A stretch of DNA of 64,000 bases, taken from NCBI GenBank assembly GCA_965198175.1, contig OZ240245.1, positions 1,600,001-1,664,000 on the forward strand, read 5' to 3'. Source of the DNA: Candidatus Poribacteria bacterium (GTDB lineage: Bacteria > Poribacteria > WGA-4E > PCPOR2b). The first letter of the stretch is position 1. The number at the start of each line of letters is the position of its first letter. Made by a program: the position numbers and the translations under genes. Below, piece by piece: positions 19,650 to 30,774 of the stretch. The notes below the pieces were generated by a model. That model did not search any database and was not told the DNA's origin. It saw only the letters and a list, made by a program, of their open reading frames with translations.

Positions 19650-20846
19650 ATGGCAAAAGCAAAATTTGAGAGGACTAAACCACATGTCAACATTGGTACA
19701 ATTGGGCACGTCGATCACGGTAAGACCACATTGACGGCGGCGATTACAATGATCTTTTCAAAGCTTTCTGGAAAAGACTATGTTAAGACCTACGAAGAAA
19801 TTGACGCCGCACCTGAAGAGAAAGAGCGCGGTATTACAATCAATACAGCTCACGTTGAATATGAGACTGAGAGTCGACATTATGCTCACGTGGATTGTCC
19901 CGGACACGCTGATTACATCAAAAATATGATTACTGGGGCGGCACAAATGGATGGTGCAATCTTGGTGGTCTCCGCTGCTGATGGCCCCATGCCCCAAACC
20001 CGTGAACATGTCCTGTTGGCACGACAAGTAAATGTGCCTTCTATCGTTGTGTTTCTAAATAAGGCGGACATGGTTGATGACCCCGAACTTCTGGAGTTGG
20101 TTGAGTTAGAGGTTCGAGAACTCTTGACTGCATACGAATTTCCTGGCGATGAGATTCCTATCATTGCGGGTTCTGCACTAGAGGCGATGGAAAGCGGCGA
20201 CCCCGACAATGAAGCTAGTAAGCCAATTTTAGACTTGATGGGAGCCATTGATGCATATATTCCTGAACCGATAAGAGATATTGACAGGCCTTTCTTAATG
20301 CCCATAGAAGACATTTTTTCAATCACGGGACGGGGAACCGTTGTGACAGGGCGTGTGGAACGCGGTATAGTAAAGGTCGGAGAAACTGTTGAAATTGTTG
20401 GACTTCGACCGACCCATGACACGGTTGTAACCGGGGTTGAGATGTTTCGCAAGTTGCTAGATGAAGGGCGCGCAGGTGATAACATTGGTCTATTGCTGCG
20501 TGGTGTCGAACGCCAGGATGTTGAGCGGGGTCAAGTGGTGGCTGCGCCGAGTTCAATTACGCCCCACACAAACTTTGAAGCTGAAACCTATATCTTGAAC
20601 AAAGAGGAAGGCGGCCGTTGGACACCTTTCTTCAGTGGTTACCGTCCACAGTTTTACTTCCGTACAACGGATGTAACAGGTGTAATGCATCTTCCTGAAG
20701 GAGTGGAGATGGTTATGCCAGGCGATCACATCCATATCAGCGTTGAACTGAGCAAGCCAATTGCATTAGAGGAAGAACTCAGGTTCGCAATTCGTGAAGG
20801 CGGACATACTGTTGGGGCAGGTGTTGTTTCAAAAGTTATTGAGTAA
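19650..20846 (+). CDS. tuf: Elongation factor Tu
   Basis: [35 protein letters not shown]. Confidence 0.99.
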   Translation: MAKAKFERTKPHVNIGTIGHVDHGKTTLTAAITMIFSKLSGKDYVKTYEEIDAAPEEKERGITINTAHVEYETESRHYAHVDCPGHADYIKNMITGAAQMDGAILVVSAADGPMPQTREHVLLARQVNVPSIVVFLNKADMVDDPELLELVELEVRELLTAYEFPGDEIPIIAGSALEAMESGDPDNEASKPILDLMGAIDAYIPEPIRDIDRPFLMPIEDIFSITGRGTVVTGRVERGIVKVGETVEIVGLRPTHDTVVTGVEMFRKLLDEGRAGDNIGLLLRGVERQDVERGQVVAAPSSITPHTNFEAETYILNKEEGGRWTPFFSGYRPQFYFRTTDVTGVMHLPEGVEMVMPGDHIHISVELSKPIALEEELRFAIREGGHTVGAGVVSKVIE

Positions 20847-21074
20847 CACCCCTACATCGTGTTGAAATAAGGATGGGCTGTCGCTGGGAAGAAACACCTA
20901 ACCACGTGCCCGTAATGAAGACCCTACAGGCTTCTTATTGCTAACACACAAATCTTAATAGGGTATTGGGTTTGCACTGCCTCTCTCAGTCACTATGAGA
21001 ATTGTAGTGCTAATGCTTGTTTGTCTGATTTGGGTGGTATAGCACGACAGTCGACAGACCTATTGGAGAGGTTG

Positions 21075-21386
21075 ATGGACAACCAGAAAATTCGTATTCG
21101 CTTGAAAGCATTCGATCACCGTTTATTAGACCAGTCGGCAGCCCAAATCGCAGAAACCGCGAAGCGATCAGGGGCAGTTGTTTCTGGCCCGATTCCACTT
21201 CCGATTAAGAAACATACTTATACAGTTCAACGATCCACCTTTGTAGATAAGAAATCTCGTGAACAGTTTGAAATGCGAATTCACAAGAGGGTTTTGGATA
21301 TTTTGGAAATAACCCCTAAGACGGTAGATGCCTTAATGCGCTTGGATTTGGCTGCCGGTGTCGACGTTAAAATCATGCTGTTATAG
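21075..21386 (+). CDS. rpsJ: 30S ribosomal protein S10
   Basis: [28 protein letters not shown] at 21075 after GGAGAGG. Confidence 0.98.
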   Translation: MDNQKIRIRLKAFDHRLLDQSAAQIAETAKRSGAVVSGPIPLPIKKHTYTVQRSTFVDKKSREQFEMRIHKRVLDILEITPKTVDALMRLDLAAGVDVKIMLL

Positions 21387-21421
21387 GCTAATTTCGTGGC
21401 ACCGGCTTCGGAGATGTGTAA

Positions 21422-22051
21422 ATGAGCGATGGAATATTAGGTAAAAAGATTGGTATGACCCAAGTCTTTGACGAATCCGGCACGGCGATTCCAGTTACGG
21501 TCGTTGAGGCCGGTCCTTGTCCAATCGTGCAAATCAAAACAAAAAAACGAGAAGGATATAATGCAATCCAATTGGGTTTTGGATATCGAAACGAAAAGAA
21601 ATTTAATCGTCCGAGACGTGGTCATTTCAAAAAGGCGAATATTACACCTCTTCGGTATTTAAAAGAGTTTCGCGTCAATACAACCGAAGGGTTATCGGTT
21701 GGGTCAGTTATTGATGCAAGAATTTTTTCAGCGGGTGACGCCGTTGATGTAACGGGAGTCTCCAAAGGGCGTGGATTTACCGGCGTTGTTAAACGATGGG
21801 GTTTTGCCGGTGGAAAGAAAACCCATGGAGGCGAGCAAGATTTAAGACGCGCAGGCTCGATTGGAGCAGGTTCTGATCCTTCACGCGTTTTCAAGGGAAA
21901 GCGTATGCCAGGACGACATGGAGGCAAGCAAGTTACGGTCCAAAATCTAGAAGTCATTGAAGCCGACTCGGAAAGAAATCTGTTAGTTATTAAAGGCGCA
22001 GTCGCCGGTCCGCCGAATGGATTGCTGGTCATCAGAAAAGCGGTTAAATGA
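21422..22051 (+). CDS. rplC: 50S ribosomal protein L3
   Basis: GILGKKIGMTQVF, SKGRGFTG, KGKRMPG. Confidence 0.99.
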   Translation: MSDGILGKKIGMTQVFDESGTAIPVTVVEAGPCPIVQIKTKKREGYNAIQLGFGYRNEKKFNRPRRGHFKKANITPLRYLKEFRVNTTEGLSVGSVIDARIFSAGDAVDVTGVSKGRGFTGVVKRWGFAGGKKTHGGEQDLRRAGSIGAGSDPSRVFKGKRMPGRHGGKQVTVQNLEVIEADSERNLLVIKGAVAGPPNGLLVIRKAVK

Positions 22052-22195
22052 GAGATTACCCTGCCGTGAAAGGAAAAGGCGCCAAGGTCGATTTGGGATG
22101 GTTCACAATTCCGCTCACTTGCCTAACCATTTAATGTACCGGAATCAAGACTGAAATTGTGCAACGCATTTTCATTTTTTGTAGAAAGATTAACT

Positions 22196-22864
22196 ATGGC
22201 AGCTTTTGATGTGTATGACCGTTCAGGTGCTATTCTCCGACCGAAGGAACTATCGGATGCATTTGTTAATAAATCTGTAAACAAGGCTGTTATACACCAA
22301 TGCGTCGTTGCATACCTTGCTAATCAACGGAGAGGAACGGCTGCGGCCAAATCACGGTCGGAGGTTCAAGGAAGCAAAAAGAAGCTATATCGCCAAAAAG
22401 GAACCGGGCGAGCTCGCGCTGGCGATAGAAAATCACCGACACGTGTACACGGGGGCGTTGCCTTTGGACCAAAACCGCGGAGCTATCGTCAATATACCCC
22501 AAAAAAAATTCGTAGACGTGGGCTTCACTCAGCTTTGGCGGATAAATTTCAAAATGACAATTGTTTTTTGATGGAGAATTTCACTTTGGAGCATGCCAGA
22601 ACAAAAACGATTGTTGAGCTTTTAGACGCCTTTAAACTTGAAGGTAAAATCCTTTTCGTCGTTGGGGCACAAGAACCCAATATTTATCTGTCTGTGCGGA
22701 ATATTCCTCGAGTGAATAGCTGTACTTGGGACACACTAAATATTTATGATGTGCTTTGGCATGACAAAATCGTCCTCACTGAAAGTGCAGTGGAACAGCT
22801 CGAACGTAAATTCGTAGGAACGCAGGAAGTCGAATCGACACAAAATACTTCAAATGAGGCCTGA
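22196..22864 (+). CDS. rplD: 50S ribosomal protein L4
   Basis: [36 protein letters not shown] at 22196 preferred. Confidence 0.98.
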   Translation: MAAFDVYDRSGAILRPKELSDAFVNKSVNKAVIHQCVVAYLANQRRGTAAAKSRSEVQGSKKKLYRQKGTGRARAGDRKSPTRVHGGVAFGPKPRSYRQYTPKKIRRRGLHSALADKFQNDNCFLMENFTLEHARTKTIVELLDAFKLEGKILFVVGAQEPNIYLSVRNIPRVNSCTWDTLNIYDVLWHDKIVLTESAVEQLERKFVGTQEVESTQNTSNEA

Positions 22865-22872
22865 GCCAACAA

Positions 22873-23172
22873 ATGAAAGAGCCGTATCAGGTTATTCTAA
22901 AACCGCTGATTACAGAAAAAAGCACGATTCTTCGAGAATCTAATAAGTACGCTTTCGTTGTTGATTCGAAATCGACGAAATCAGAAATTCGTCAGGCTGC
23001 TGAAGAGATTTTCGATCTCAAAGGGAAAATAACTCAGGTGAATACCATGTGTGTTCATGGTAAGCCAAAAGGCAAATTGTTTCGGTACCGGATTGGCAAA
23101 CGCCCTAACTGGAAAAAAGCAATAATCACCATCCAAGAAGGAGTTTCCATCCAGCTTTTCGAAGGTATTTAA
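22873..23172 (+). CDS. rplW: 50S ribosomal protein L23
   Basis: PLITEKS, NKYAFVV, WKKAII. Confidence 0.98.
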   Translation: MKEPYQVILKPLITEKSTILRESNKYAFVVDSKSTKSEIRQAAEEIFDLKGKITQVNTMCVHGKPKGKLFRYRIGKRPNWKKAIITIQEGVSIQLFEGI

Positions 23173-23250
23173 ATCTGTGACTTCATGGGCTTACGCCTAT
23201 ATTAACGTTTCATCGGAAGTGCCCATTTCAATTCGCAAAAGGAAATCAGC

Positions 23251-24075
23251 ATGGCTGTCAAAACATATTCGCCAGTGACACCGAGTCGCAGATTGATGAC
23301 GGGGCACACTTTTGAGGAAATTACCCGTCCTGAACCAGAAAAATCCTTAGTTAAAGGCAAGAAAAATAATGCAGGACGCAACGCTTTAGGACGAATTACT
23401 GTCCGGAGGCGTGGAGGTGGACACAAGCGGCGATACCGAATCATTGATTTTAAGCGTGATAAGTTTGGAATTCCAGCAAAAGTCGCTTCAATTGAGTACG
23501 ATCCGAATCGATCTGCCCGAGTCGCGCTTCTGCATTATACTGATGGGGAGAAACGATATATCCTTGCTCCCTTAGGGTTGCAGGTCGGTGATATATTAAG
23601 TTCGGGAATAGATGCGGAGATTAAGGTTGGAAATGCTTTAACACTTGATAAAATTCCCCTCGGAACTTCGATACATAACGTAGAAATGATGCCCGGTAAA
23701 GGAGCACAATTGGTGCGAAGCGCGGGCGTTGCTGCCCAACTGATTGATCGGGAAGGCAAATATGCACGGATTCGCCTGCCATCCAGCGAGGTTCGCTTAG
23801 TTTTTGTAAACTGTATGGCTACCATTGGGCAAATTGGCAATGTAGACTATGCAAATATCTCCATCGGTAAGGCGGGGCGATCCCGATGGTTAAGGCGTCG
23901 GCCAAAAGTTCGTGGCGTCGCAATGAATCCCATTGACCACCCTCATGGCGGCGGTGAAGGAAAGAGTTCTGGCGGTAGGCACCCCGTAACACCTTCGGGA
24001 GTTCCGACAAAGGGGTACAAAACACGGAATCCTAAGAAGAAATCGAGTCGATATATTTCAAGTCGGCGGAAGTAG
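23251..24075 (+). CDS. rplB: 50S ribosomal protein L2
   Basis: [40 protein letters not shown]. Confidence 0.99.
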   Translation: MAVKTYSPVTPSRRLMTGHTFEEITRPEPEKSLVKGKKNNAGRNALGRITVRRRGGGHKRRYRIIDFKRDKFGIPAKVASIEYDPNRSARVALLHYTDGEKRYILAPLGLQVGDILSSGIDAEIKVGNALTLDKIPLGTSIHNVEMMPGKGAQLVRSAGVAAQLIDREGKYARIRLPSSEVRLVFVNCMATIGQIGNVDYANISIGKAGRSRWLRRRPKVRGVAMNPIDHPHGGGEGKSSGGRHPVTPSGVPTKGYKTRNPKKKSSRYISSRRK

Positions 24076-24154
24076 CTACTATCTGTAACCTATCGTCAAT
24101 TGCACGAAAGCAAAACGTTCAAAAAAAATATATTAGACTGAAGAGGAGAGGTTG

Positions 24155-24427
24155 ATGCCGCGCTCTGTGAAGAAAGGGGCTTATATTGAACCCCAGCTTC
24201 AGAAGAAAATTGAAGCCATGAATAGATCCGGTACCAAGCGTGTTATTCGCACCTGGTCGCGTCGTTCGATGATTACGCCGGAATTGATAGGGCATACCCT
24301 CGCTATCCACAACGGGAAGAAGTTTTTCCCGGTTTATATTTCGGAGAATATGGTAGGGCATAAATTGGGTGAATTCGCACCCACGCGGACATTTCGATCG
24401 CATTCTGGTGGAAGAAAAGCCATTTAA
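24155..24427 (+). CDS. rpsS: 30S ribosomal protein S19
   Basis: [25 protein letters not shown]. Confidence 0.99.
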   Translation: MPRSVKKGAYIEPQLQKKIEAMNRSGTKRVIRTWSRRSMITPELIGHTLAIHNGKKFFPVYISENMVGHKLGEFAPTRTFRSHSGGRKAI

Positions 24428-24455
24428 CATTTAATGGGGTAAGGAGAGTTATTAG

Positions 24456-24809
24456 ATGGGAGCGAAAGCACGAACTCGAAATGTGCCTGTTGCGCCTCGC
24501 AAAGCGCGTTTAGTTGCCGATTTGGTTAGAGGTCGGTATGTCGAAGATGCGTTAAATCAATTAACAGTTACACACAAAGCCATTTCACCGATAATTCGCA
24601 AACTAATTCAATCTGCGGTGGCGAACGCACAATATCAGGATGCTAATATTGATGAAAGCAATCTTTATATTAAAACAATTTTCGTTGATGAGGGGATGAC
24701 CCGAAGGTGGTTCCGTCCAAGATCGCGAGGTATAGCGAATCGGATTTTGCATCGAAGATCTCATATTACCGTCGTGTTAGGTGAAGAAAGGGAGGGAGAT
24801 GAAGATTGA
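24456..24809 (+). CDS. rplV: 50S ribosomal protein L22
   Basis: PRKARLVADLVRG, SAVANA, SHITV. Confidence 0.98.
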   Translation: MGAKARTRNVPVAPRKARLVADLVRGRYVEDALNQLTVTHKAISPIIRKLIQSAVANAQYQDANIDESNLYIKTIFVDEGMTRRWFRPRSRGIANRILHRRSHITVVLGEEREGDED

Positions 24810-24903
24810 GAATTTGATGAATCCTCAAAATGAATTGATGGATATTCTTTCCCCTCGTCTGCCTAGAAGTTTCCGCACCAATAAATTTTGTGAGGAGGTC
24901 TGA

Positions 24904-25698
24904 TTGGGACAGAAAACGCATCCACGGGGGCTTCGATTGGGAATCACTGAAACCTGGGATTCTAGATGGTACAATGAAAAAGAGTATGCCCAATGGCTCC
25001 ATGAAGATTTAAAGATTCAGAACTTCGTTAAGGAGCGGTTGTCACGCGCAGGTATTTCACGTATTGAAATCGAGAGAGTTGGAGATAAATGTAGCATTAA
25101 TGTCCACACAGCACGCCCTGGTATCGTGATTGGGCGGCGTGGGGCAGAAGCTGAGAAATTACAGGCAGATGTGGCACAACTTGTCGGACGTACAATCCGA
25201 ATTAATGTGACGGAAATTAAGCAGCCTGAACTTGATGCACAACTTGTAGCTGAAGCGGTTGCGCTACAAATTGAGCGGAGAGCGAATTTCAGACAAGCGA
25301 TGAAAAAAACGATTGCCTCCTCAATGAGAGCCGGTGCACAAGGTGTTAAGATAGTTATTGGTGGTCGCCTTGGTGGTCATGAGATGGCACGATCGGAATC
25401 AAATAATGATGGGCGCGTTCCGCTGCACACGTTGAGGGCAAATATTGACTATGGGTTCACGGAAGCAAATACAACCTATGGCAAGATTGGGGTCAAGACA
25501 TGGATTTTCAAGGGGGAGATTATCGGAAAACTTGGTGTTCCGGACACAACATCGCCCCCAGGTCGCGTAGCAAAGGTTCCCCCAGACCAGACCACATCAA
25601 GAAAGCCGTCACGACGCGCTCATGATAGATTAGAAGGTCAAACCCGGCGGCGTGGCTCTCGTCGTGGGAGATCAAGTGAGCCACGGCCTAAATCTTGA
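24904..25698 (+). CDS. rpsC: 30S ribosomal protein S3 (Arg-rich C-terminal tail)
   Basis: [37 protein letters not shown] start after GAGGAGG. Confidence 0.99.
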   Translation: MGQKTHPRGLRLGITETWDSRWYNEKEYAQWLHEDLKIQNFVKERLSRAGISRIEIERVGDKCSINVHTARPGIVIGRRGAEAEKLQADVAQLVGRTIRINVTEIKQPELDAQLVAEAVALQIERRANFRQAMKKTIASSMRAGAQGVKIVIGGRLGGHEMARSESNNDGRVPLHTLRANIDYGFTEANTTYGKIGVKTWIFKGEIIGKLGVPDTTSPPGRVAKVPPDQTTSRKPSRRAHDRLEGQTRRRGSRRGRSSEPRPKS

Positions 25699-25809
25699 GA
25701 TGTTATGTGATGAATCATCGTACTTCAATAATGGTATTTCTCTTAATTGTTTGGTTTACCGCTGTTGGTGTGAAGTAGACGCGAAAGAAGTATTAGGGAG
25801 TTATGTGAA

Positions 25810-26223
25810 ATGTTGATGCCAAAACGTGTATTGCACAGGAAGGTGCAGCGAGGGAAGCGTCGTGGAAAACCCTATCGAGGTTCCCGAATAAATTTTGGTG
25901 AGTTCGGCTTGCAAGCAGTTGAGTGTGGTTGGATTACAAGTCGTCAAATAGAGGCTGCGCGTGTTGCGATGACCCGGTATGTACGACGCGGTGGAAAAGT
26001 CTGGATTAAAATTTTTCCGCACAAGCCTATCAGTAAGAAACCCGCCGAAACGAGAATGGGAAGCGGAAAAGGACCGCCCGAATTTTGGGTGGCAGTTGTC
26101 AAATCGGGACGAGTCCTGTACGAATTGAGTGGTGTCGCTGAGGCAGAAGCAAGGGAGGCGATGCGAAGAGCCGCCCACAAGTTGCCCATCAAAACAAAAT
26201 TTGTCAGTCGATCTGGAGTATAA
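25810..26223 (+). CDS. rplP: 50S ribosomal protein L16
   Basis: [23 protein letters not shown]. Confidence 0.99.
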   Translation: MLMPKRVLHRKVQRGKRRGKPYRGSRINFGEFGLQAVECGWITSRQIEAARVAMTRYVRRGGKVWIKIFPHKPISKKPAETRMGSGKGPPEFWVAVVKSGRVLYELSGVAEAEAREAMRRAAHKLPIKTKFVSRSGV

Positions 26224-26230
26224 TAAATCA

Positions 26231-26437
26231 ATGACTGCTGCAGAACTTCGTAGTAAATCAGCAGAAGAGTTAAAAAACGAACTAAGTAATCTCAAAGAAG
26301 CGCTATTTAATCTGAAATTTCGAGCGATGCTTGGCCAACTTGAGGATACTTCTCAGTTCAAAAAGGTCAAAATAGATATCGCGCGGATTCACACAATTCT
26401 ACGGGCACGTGAACTCGAAATTGAAAATTCACCATAG
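26231..26437 (+). CDS. rpmC: 50S ribosomal protein L29
   Basis: ELRSKS..EL, LFNLKF, IARIHT; ATG at 26231. Confidence 0.97.
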   Translation: MTAAELRSKSAEELKNELSNLKEALFNLKFRAMLGQLEDTSQFKKVKIDIARIHTILRARELEIENSP

Positions 26438-26455
26438 GTTTAAGAGAGGACGAAC

Positions 26456-26731
26456 TTGAGTCGAAAGAATCGAGGTAGACGCAAACTTCGCACGGGTGTT
26501 GTGACCAGCGATGCAATGGACAAGACGATTGCGGTCACAATCACCCGGACTTATCAGCATCCATTTTATAAGAAGGTTTTGAGAAAAACAACAGGAGTCC
26601 TAGCTCACGATGAGCAGAATGCGTGTCGAGTAGGCGACCTTGTTCAGGTGGTTGAAACGCGTCCGATCAGTCGCCGAAAAAGATGGAAATTTCGTCAGAT
26701 TGTTTCAAAAGTTGAGCCTGGCAACGACTAA
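26456..26731 (+). CDS. rpsQ: 30S ribosomal protein S17
   Basis: GVVTSDAMDKT, AHDEQN, ETRPISRRKRW. Confidence 0.98.
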   Translation: MSRKNRGRRKLRTGVVTSDAMDKTIAVTITRTYQHPFYKKVLRKTTGVLAHDEQNACRVGDLVQVVETRPISRRKRWKFRQIVSKVEPGND

Positions 26732-26773
26732 GCCAAATACACAGATGCCAGAAATACCAGAAAGGGACCGATA

Positions 26774-27142
26774 ATGATTCAATCCTACAGCCGTTTAATC
26801 TGTGCTGATAATACAGGTGTGAAGCGGCTCATGTGTATTCGAGTGCTTGGTGGCAGCCGAAAACGGTATGGGCGACTAGGAGATGTAATTGTCGCAAGTG
26901 TGAAAGAAGCAAGTCCAAATAGCCAGGTAAAAAAGGGAGAGATTGTCCGAGCCGTTATTGTACGCACAGTCAAGGAGTACCGTCGATTGGATGGGTCCTA
27001 CATCAAGTTCGATAAGAATGCAGCCGTTTTAATTGATGCCCAAAATCAGCCTCGAGGAACACGTATCTTTGGTCCCGTCGCTCGTGAACTCAGAGATAAG
27101 GCGTTCACACGAATCATCTCTCTAGCCCCCGAAGTTATTTAG
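26774..27142 (+). CDS. rplN: 50S ribosomal protein L14
   Basis: [31 protein letters not shown]. Confidence 0.99.
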   Translation: MIQSYSRLICADNTGVKRLMCIRVLGGSRKRYGRLGDVIVASVKEASPNSQVKKGEIVRAVIVRTVKEYRRLDGSYIKFDKNAAVLIDAQNQPRGTRIFGPVARELRDKAFTRIISLAPEVI

Positions 27143-27172
27143 ACAGTCATTTCTGTTCTTTAGGAGGTACCC

Positions 27173-27523
27173 GTGTCACAGGAAAAATTACATGTCAGAA
27201 AAGACGATCTCGTGGTGGTCTTGAGTGGAAAAGATGCAGGCAAGAGAGGGATTGTTCTTGAGACTTTACACAGTAAAAATCGTGCTGTTGTTGAAGGCAT
27301 CCACATGGCAACGATGCACCTCCGTCCCAATCCACAAGGGCAAGGTGGGATTGTTGAGAAAGAAGGTACTATTCACATCTCCAACCTGAAGTTAATCTGT
27401 CCAAAATGTAACCAACCAACGCGCACGATACGCCAGGTTTTTGAGAAGGAAATCGGCGGTCGAACGAAGAAACGCCGTTTGCGCATATGTAAAAAATGTG
27501 GTGAAGTAGCAGATCATGATTAG
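27173..27523 (+). CDS. rplX: 50S ribosomal protein L24
   Basis: KOW motif VVLSGKDAGKRG, GGIVEKE, IHISN. Confidence 0.98.
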   Translation: MSQEKLHVRKDDLVVVLSGKDAGKRGIVLETLHSKNRAVVEGIHMATMHLRPNPQGQGGIVEKEGTIHISNLKLICPKCNQPTRTIRQVFEKEIGGRTKKRRLRICKKCGEVADHD

Positions 27524-27582
27524 TTCCAAACACACATTAATTGCCTATCTCCATATAATTTTAACGTCGCGAGTAAAGATTG

Positions 27583-28122
27583 ATGAGTCCATTTAGGTCG
27601 TTTTATAAAGAAGAGGTTGCGCCTGCGTTACAACGACGTTTTGACTATTCAAATATCATGCAGGTTCCAAAACTTGAAAAAATTGCTCTGAATATAGGAG
27701 TTGGCGCAGCAACGCAGAATCCTAAATTGTTAGAGAATGCTATCGAAGAACTGACGCTTATAGCAGGTCAACGTGCAGTTATTACGCGAGCCAAAAAATC
27801 TGTGTCAGCTTTCAAAGTTCGCGAGGATATGGCTATCGGTTGTAAAATCACTCTGCGGCGGGACGGGATGTATGAGTTCTTCAATCGGCTCGTTAACGCT
27901 GTATTGCCACAGATTCGAGATTTTCGTGGGCTTTCTCCGAATTCATTCGATGGGCGTGGAAACTATTCGCTAGGTCTCCATGAACAGGTTATTTTTCCTG
28001 AGATCGACTACGATCGCGTGAGCGAAGTCCGAGGATTAAATATTTCCATTGTTACGACGGCCTCAACAGATGAAGAGGGACGTGAATTCTTACGTCTCCT
28101 GGGTATGCCATTTAGAGAATGA
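27583..28122 (+). CDS. rplE: 50S ribosomal protein L5
   Basis: [30 protein letters not shown]. Confidence 0.99.
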   Translation: MSPFRSFYKEEVAPALQRRFDYSNIMQVPKLEKIALNIGVGAATQNPKLLENAIEELTLIAGQRAVITRAKKSVSAFKVREDMAIGCKITLRRDGMYEFFNRLVNAVLPQIRDFRGLSPNSFDGRGNYSLGLHEQVIFPEIDYDRVSEVRGLNISIVTTASTDEEGREFLRLLGMPFRE

Positions 28123-28167
28123 TTTGTGTGCTCTGTCCCGGAAATAGCAGAAGAAAGGAGGTTGGGG

Positions 28168-28353
28168 TTGGCAACAAAAGCACTCATCGCCAAGCAGAAA
28201 AGAAAACCTAAGTTTCGGACGCGGAAGTACAATCGATGCCGTCTCTGTGGACGTTCTCGAGGGTTCCTGCGCCAGTTTGAATGTTGCCGAATTTGCTTCC
28301 GACTACTAGCTAGGGCCGGTAAGATTCCCGGTGTGAGAAAGGCAAGCTGGTAA
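28168..28353 (+). CDS. rpsZ: 30S ribosomal protein S14, short zinc-binding type Z (61 aa)
   Basis: TTG at 28168 after [15 protein letters not shown]...CRICFR...IPGVRKASW. Confidence 0.96.
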   Translation: MATKALIAKQKRKPKFRTRKYNRCRLCGRSRGFLRQFECCRICFRLLARAGKIPGVRKASW

Positions 28354-28368
28354 AGGAGAAGAAAACTA

Positions 28369-28767
28369 ATGTCAATGACAGATCCAATTGCGGACATGTT
28401 AACTCGCATCCGTAACTCGAATACGGTCCGGCATGACCGTGTTGAAATACCCGCATCGAAACTCAAGTTGGAAATCGCCCGTATCCTACACGAAGAAGGA
28501 TTTCTTCGCAACTATCGCTTAATTGACGACCGTAAACAAGGTATCCTGAGAATTTATTTGAAGTATGGGGAACGTCAAGAGAAGGTCATTACCGGAATTA
28601 AGCGGATCAGCAAACCAGGAAGGCGCGTCTATGTGAATGCGACTGACCTACCTCGGGTGTATGGAGATTTGGGGATTGCGATACTTTCGACCTCTCAAGG
28701 TGTGAAGACTGCATTTGAATGTAGGCGAATCAACATCGGGGGTGAAGTCCTCTGTTATGTTTGGTAA
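28369..28767 (+). CDS. rpsH: 30S ribosomal protein S8
   Basis: [32 protein letters not shown]. Confidence 0.99.
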   Translation: MSMTDPIADMLTRIRNSNTVRHDRVEIPASKLKLEIARILHEEGFLRNYRLIDDRKQGILRIYLKYGERQEKVITGIKRISKPGRRVYVNATDLPRVYGDLGIAILSTSQGVKTAFECRRINIGGEVLCYVW

Positions 28768-28799
28768 TTTTGAGTTTTTGAACTTCGGAGATGAAGGCA

Positions 28800-29366
28800 A
28801 TGTCACGAATAGGACGAATGGCCATTGAGGTCCCTGCGAAAGTGAAAGTGGTTCTAGACCAAAGGAATATCACTGTTGAGGGGCCAAAGGGAAATCTAAA
28901 TTGGAAAATACCTGAAAACATAGAGGTGAATTTAGTGGATGGTGTAATTGCGGTTGACCGGCCCAGTAATCAAAAGCTACATCGTTCTCTACATGGACTA
29001 ACGCGAAGCCTAATTGCAAATATGGTGACGGGCGTAAGCGAGGGCTTTGAAAAAGGACTTCGTGCCGTAGGGACAGGATATCGGGCGGAAATAGATCGGC
29101 AGAATCGTCTGGTCTTAAATGTTGGATATTCTCACCCTGTTGTTTATTCTCCGCCTGATGGTGTTACTTTGAGTGTCGGTAGTCCTGAAAACGTTGACGG
29201 ACAACCCCATATCCCCATCACGGTAAATGGCATTGACAAGCAACTTGTGGGACAGGTTGCCGCATCAATTCGTCAGATTAAAAAACCTGAAGTCTATGAA
29301 CCGTGTAAAGGTATCCGCTATGAAGGTGAACATGTCCGTATGAAAGAGGGGAAAGCGAGGGCGTAA
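28800..29366 (+). CDS. rplF: 50S ribosomal protein L6
   Basis: [35 protein letters not shown]. Confidence 0.98.
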   Translation: MSRIGRMAIEVPAKVKVVLDQRNITVEGPKGNLNWKIPENIEVNLVDGVIAVDRPSNQKLHRSLHGLTRSLIANMVTGVSEGFEKGLRAVGTGYRAEIDRQNRLVLNVGYSHPVVYSPPDGVTLSVGSPENVDGQPHIPITVNGIDKQLVGQVAASIRQIKKPEVYEPCKGIRYEGEHVRMKEGKARA

Positions 29367-29392
29367 CCCCGAAGACATTGTGGAGGATAGTG

Positions 29393-29761
29393 TTGGATCG
29401 AATAAGAAAGAAGTATATGGCTCGGAAGATGCGAAAAAAGCGCGTCAGAAAGAAGGTTGTCGGTATTAGTGAAAGGCCAAGGCTTGCCGTCTTCAAAAGT
29501 CTCAAGCACATTTACACACAGATAATTGATGATGAAAAAGGAATCACACTTGTTGCAGCATCAACCCTATCACCAGAATTAACAAATAGCTTGTCTACGG
29601 CAGGCAATATTGATGCAGCTCGTAAAGTTGGGCAATTAATTGCGAGCAAAGCGAAAGAGCGCCAAATTGAATCCGTTGTGTTCGATCGGGGTGGATACCC
29701 CTATCATGGAAGGGTTCAAGGGCTTGCAGAAGCTGCTAGAGAAGGTGGATTAAAGTTTTAA
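29393..29761 (+). CDS. rplR: 50S ribosomal protein L18
   Basis: [29 protein letters not shown]; start uncertain (GTG 29390 or TTG 29393 after GGAGG). Confidence 0.96.
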   Translation: MDRIRKKYMARKMRKKRVRKKVVGISERPRLAVFKSLKHIYTQIIDDEKGITLVAASTLSPELTNSLSTAGNIDAARKVGQLIASKAKERQIESVVFDRGGYPYHGRVQGLAEAAREGGLKF

Positions 29762-29787
29762 AGATTTCATTGTGGAGGTATACTTCT

Positions 29788-30294
29788 TTGTTGAAGGAAA
29801 AAATTAACCCAGATGAGTTTGAATTTGAGGAACGTCCAATTGACATTAACCGTGTAATGCGGGTCCGTAAGGGCGGCAGAACACCAAGTTTCAATGCGCT
29901 TTCAGCTGTTGGGAATCGTGACGGTATCGTTGGCATCGGATTTGGCAGCGCCAATGAAATTCCATCGGCAATCAGCAAAAGTATAGCTGATGCCAAGAAA
30001 AACCTAATCCGTGTGCCGCTATCGGGAAGTACGATTCCACACGAAATTGTCGGTAAATTTAAAGCGGCTAAAGTCCTACTGAAACCCGCAAGCCCCGGTA
30101 CGGGAATTATTGCTGGGCTTGCAACACGTATAATTCTGGAGTTTGCTGGCGTCCAAGATATATTGACCAAAAGACTAGGTTCTAGAAATGCAAAAAATAT
30201 AGCAGAAGCAACCATGCAAGCACTAAGAGACCTAAAGGATATTGAGGAAGTTGCTCACCTTCGTGGTAAAACTATTGAAGAACTTCAAAGTTAA
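29788..30294 (+). CDS. rpsE: 30S ribosomal protein S5
   Basis: NRV...KGGR, TIPHE, PASPGTGIIAG; TTG start after GGAGG (exact codon uncertain). Confidence 0.97.
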   Translation: MLKEKINPDEFEFEERPIDINRVMRVRKGGRTPSFNALSAVGNRDGIVGIGFGSANEIPSAISKSIADAKKNLIRVPLSGSTIPHEIVGKFKAAKVLLKPASPGTGIIAGLATRIILEFAGVQDILTKRLGSRNAKNIAEATMQALRDLKDIEEVAHLRGKTIEELQS

Positions 30295-30321
30295 TTGGGA
30301 ATTCACTAGGACAAAATACTG

Positions 30322-30774
30322 ATGAAATTAAACGATCTCAAACCAGCAAAAAACTCAAGACGTCCAAGAAAACGGGTTGGACGCGGGAATGCTTCAGGTT
30401 GGGGAAAGACCTGCGGAAGGGGACATAAGGGGCAAAAATCAAGATCCGGTGGGTCTATTCCGGACTGGTTCGAAGGAGGTCAAATGCCTCTTGTAAGGCG
30501 GCTTCCCAAGCGTGGTCCGAGAAAAGTGGCGCATAAACACATCACGTATGATGTTGTTAATGTTGAAACCCTAAATCGTTTTGAAAGTGGGAGGACAATC
30601 ACACTAGAGGTTCTGCGAGAAGCGAGAATTATAAGCAGCAAAAATGCCAGAGTAAAAATTCTGGGGACGGGAAATCTTGAAAAGCAATTAACGGTACAGA
30701 GCCATAAATTTTCAAAGTCTGCAATTGAGAAAATAGAGTCGATAGGTGGTAAAATCGAGGTAATGCGACAATGA
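30322..30774 (+). CDS. rplO: 50S ribosomal protein L15
   Basis: KRVGRG..SG.GKT.GRGHKGQKSRSG, FEGGQMPL.RRLPKRG. Confidence 0.99.
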   Translation: MKLNDLKPAKNSRRPRKRVGRGNASGWGKTCGRGHKGQKSRSGGSIPDWFEGGQMPLVRRLPKRGPRKVAHKHITYDVVNVETLNRFESGRTITLEVLREARIISSKNARVKILGTGNLEKQLTVQSHKFSKSAIEKIESIGGKIEVMRQ

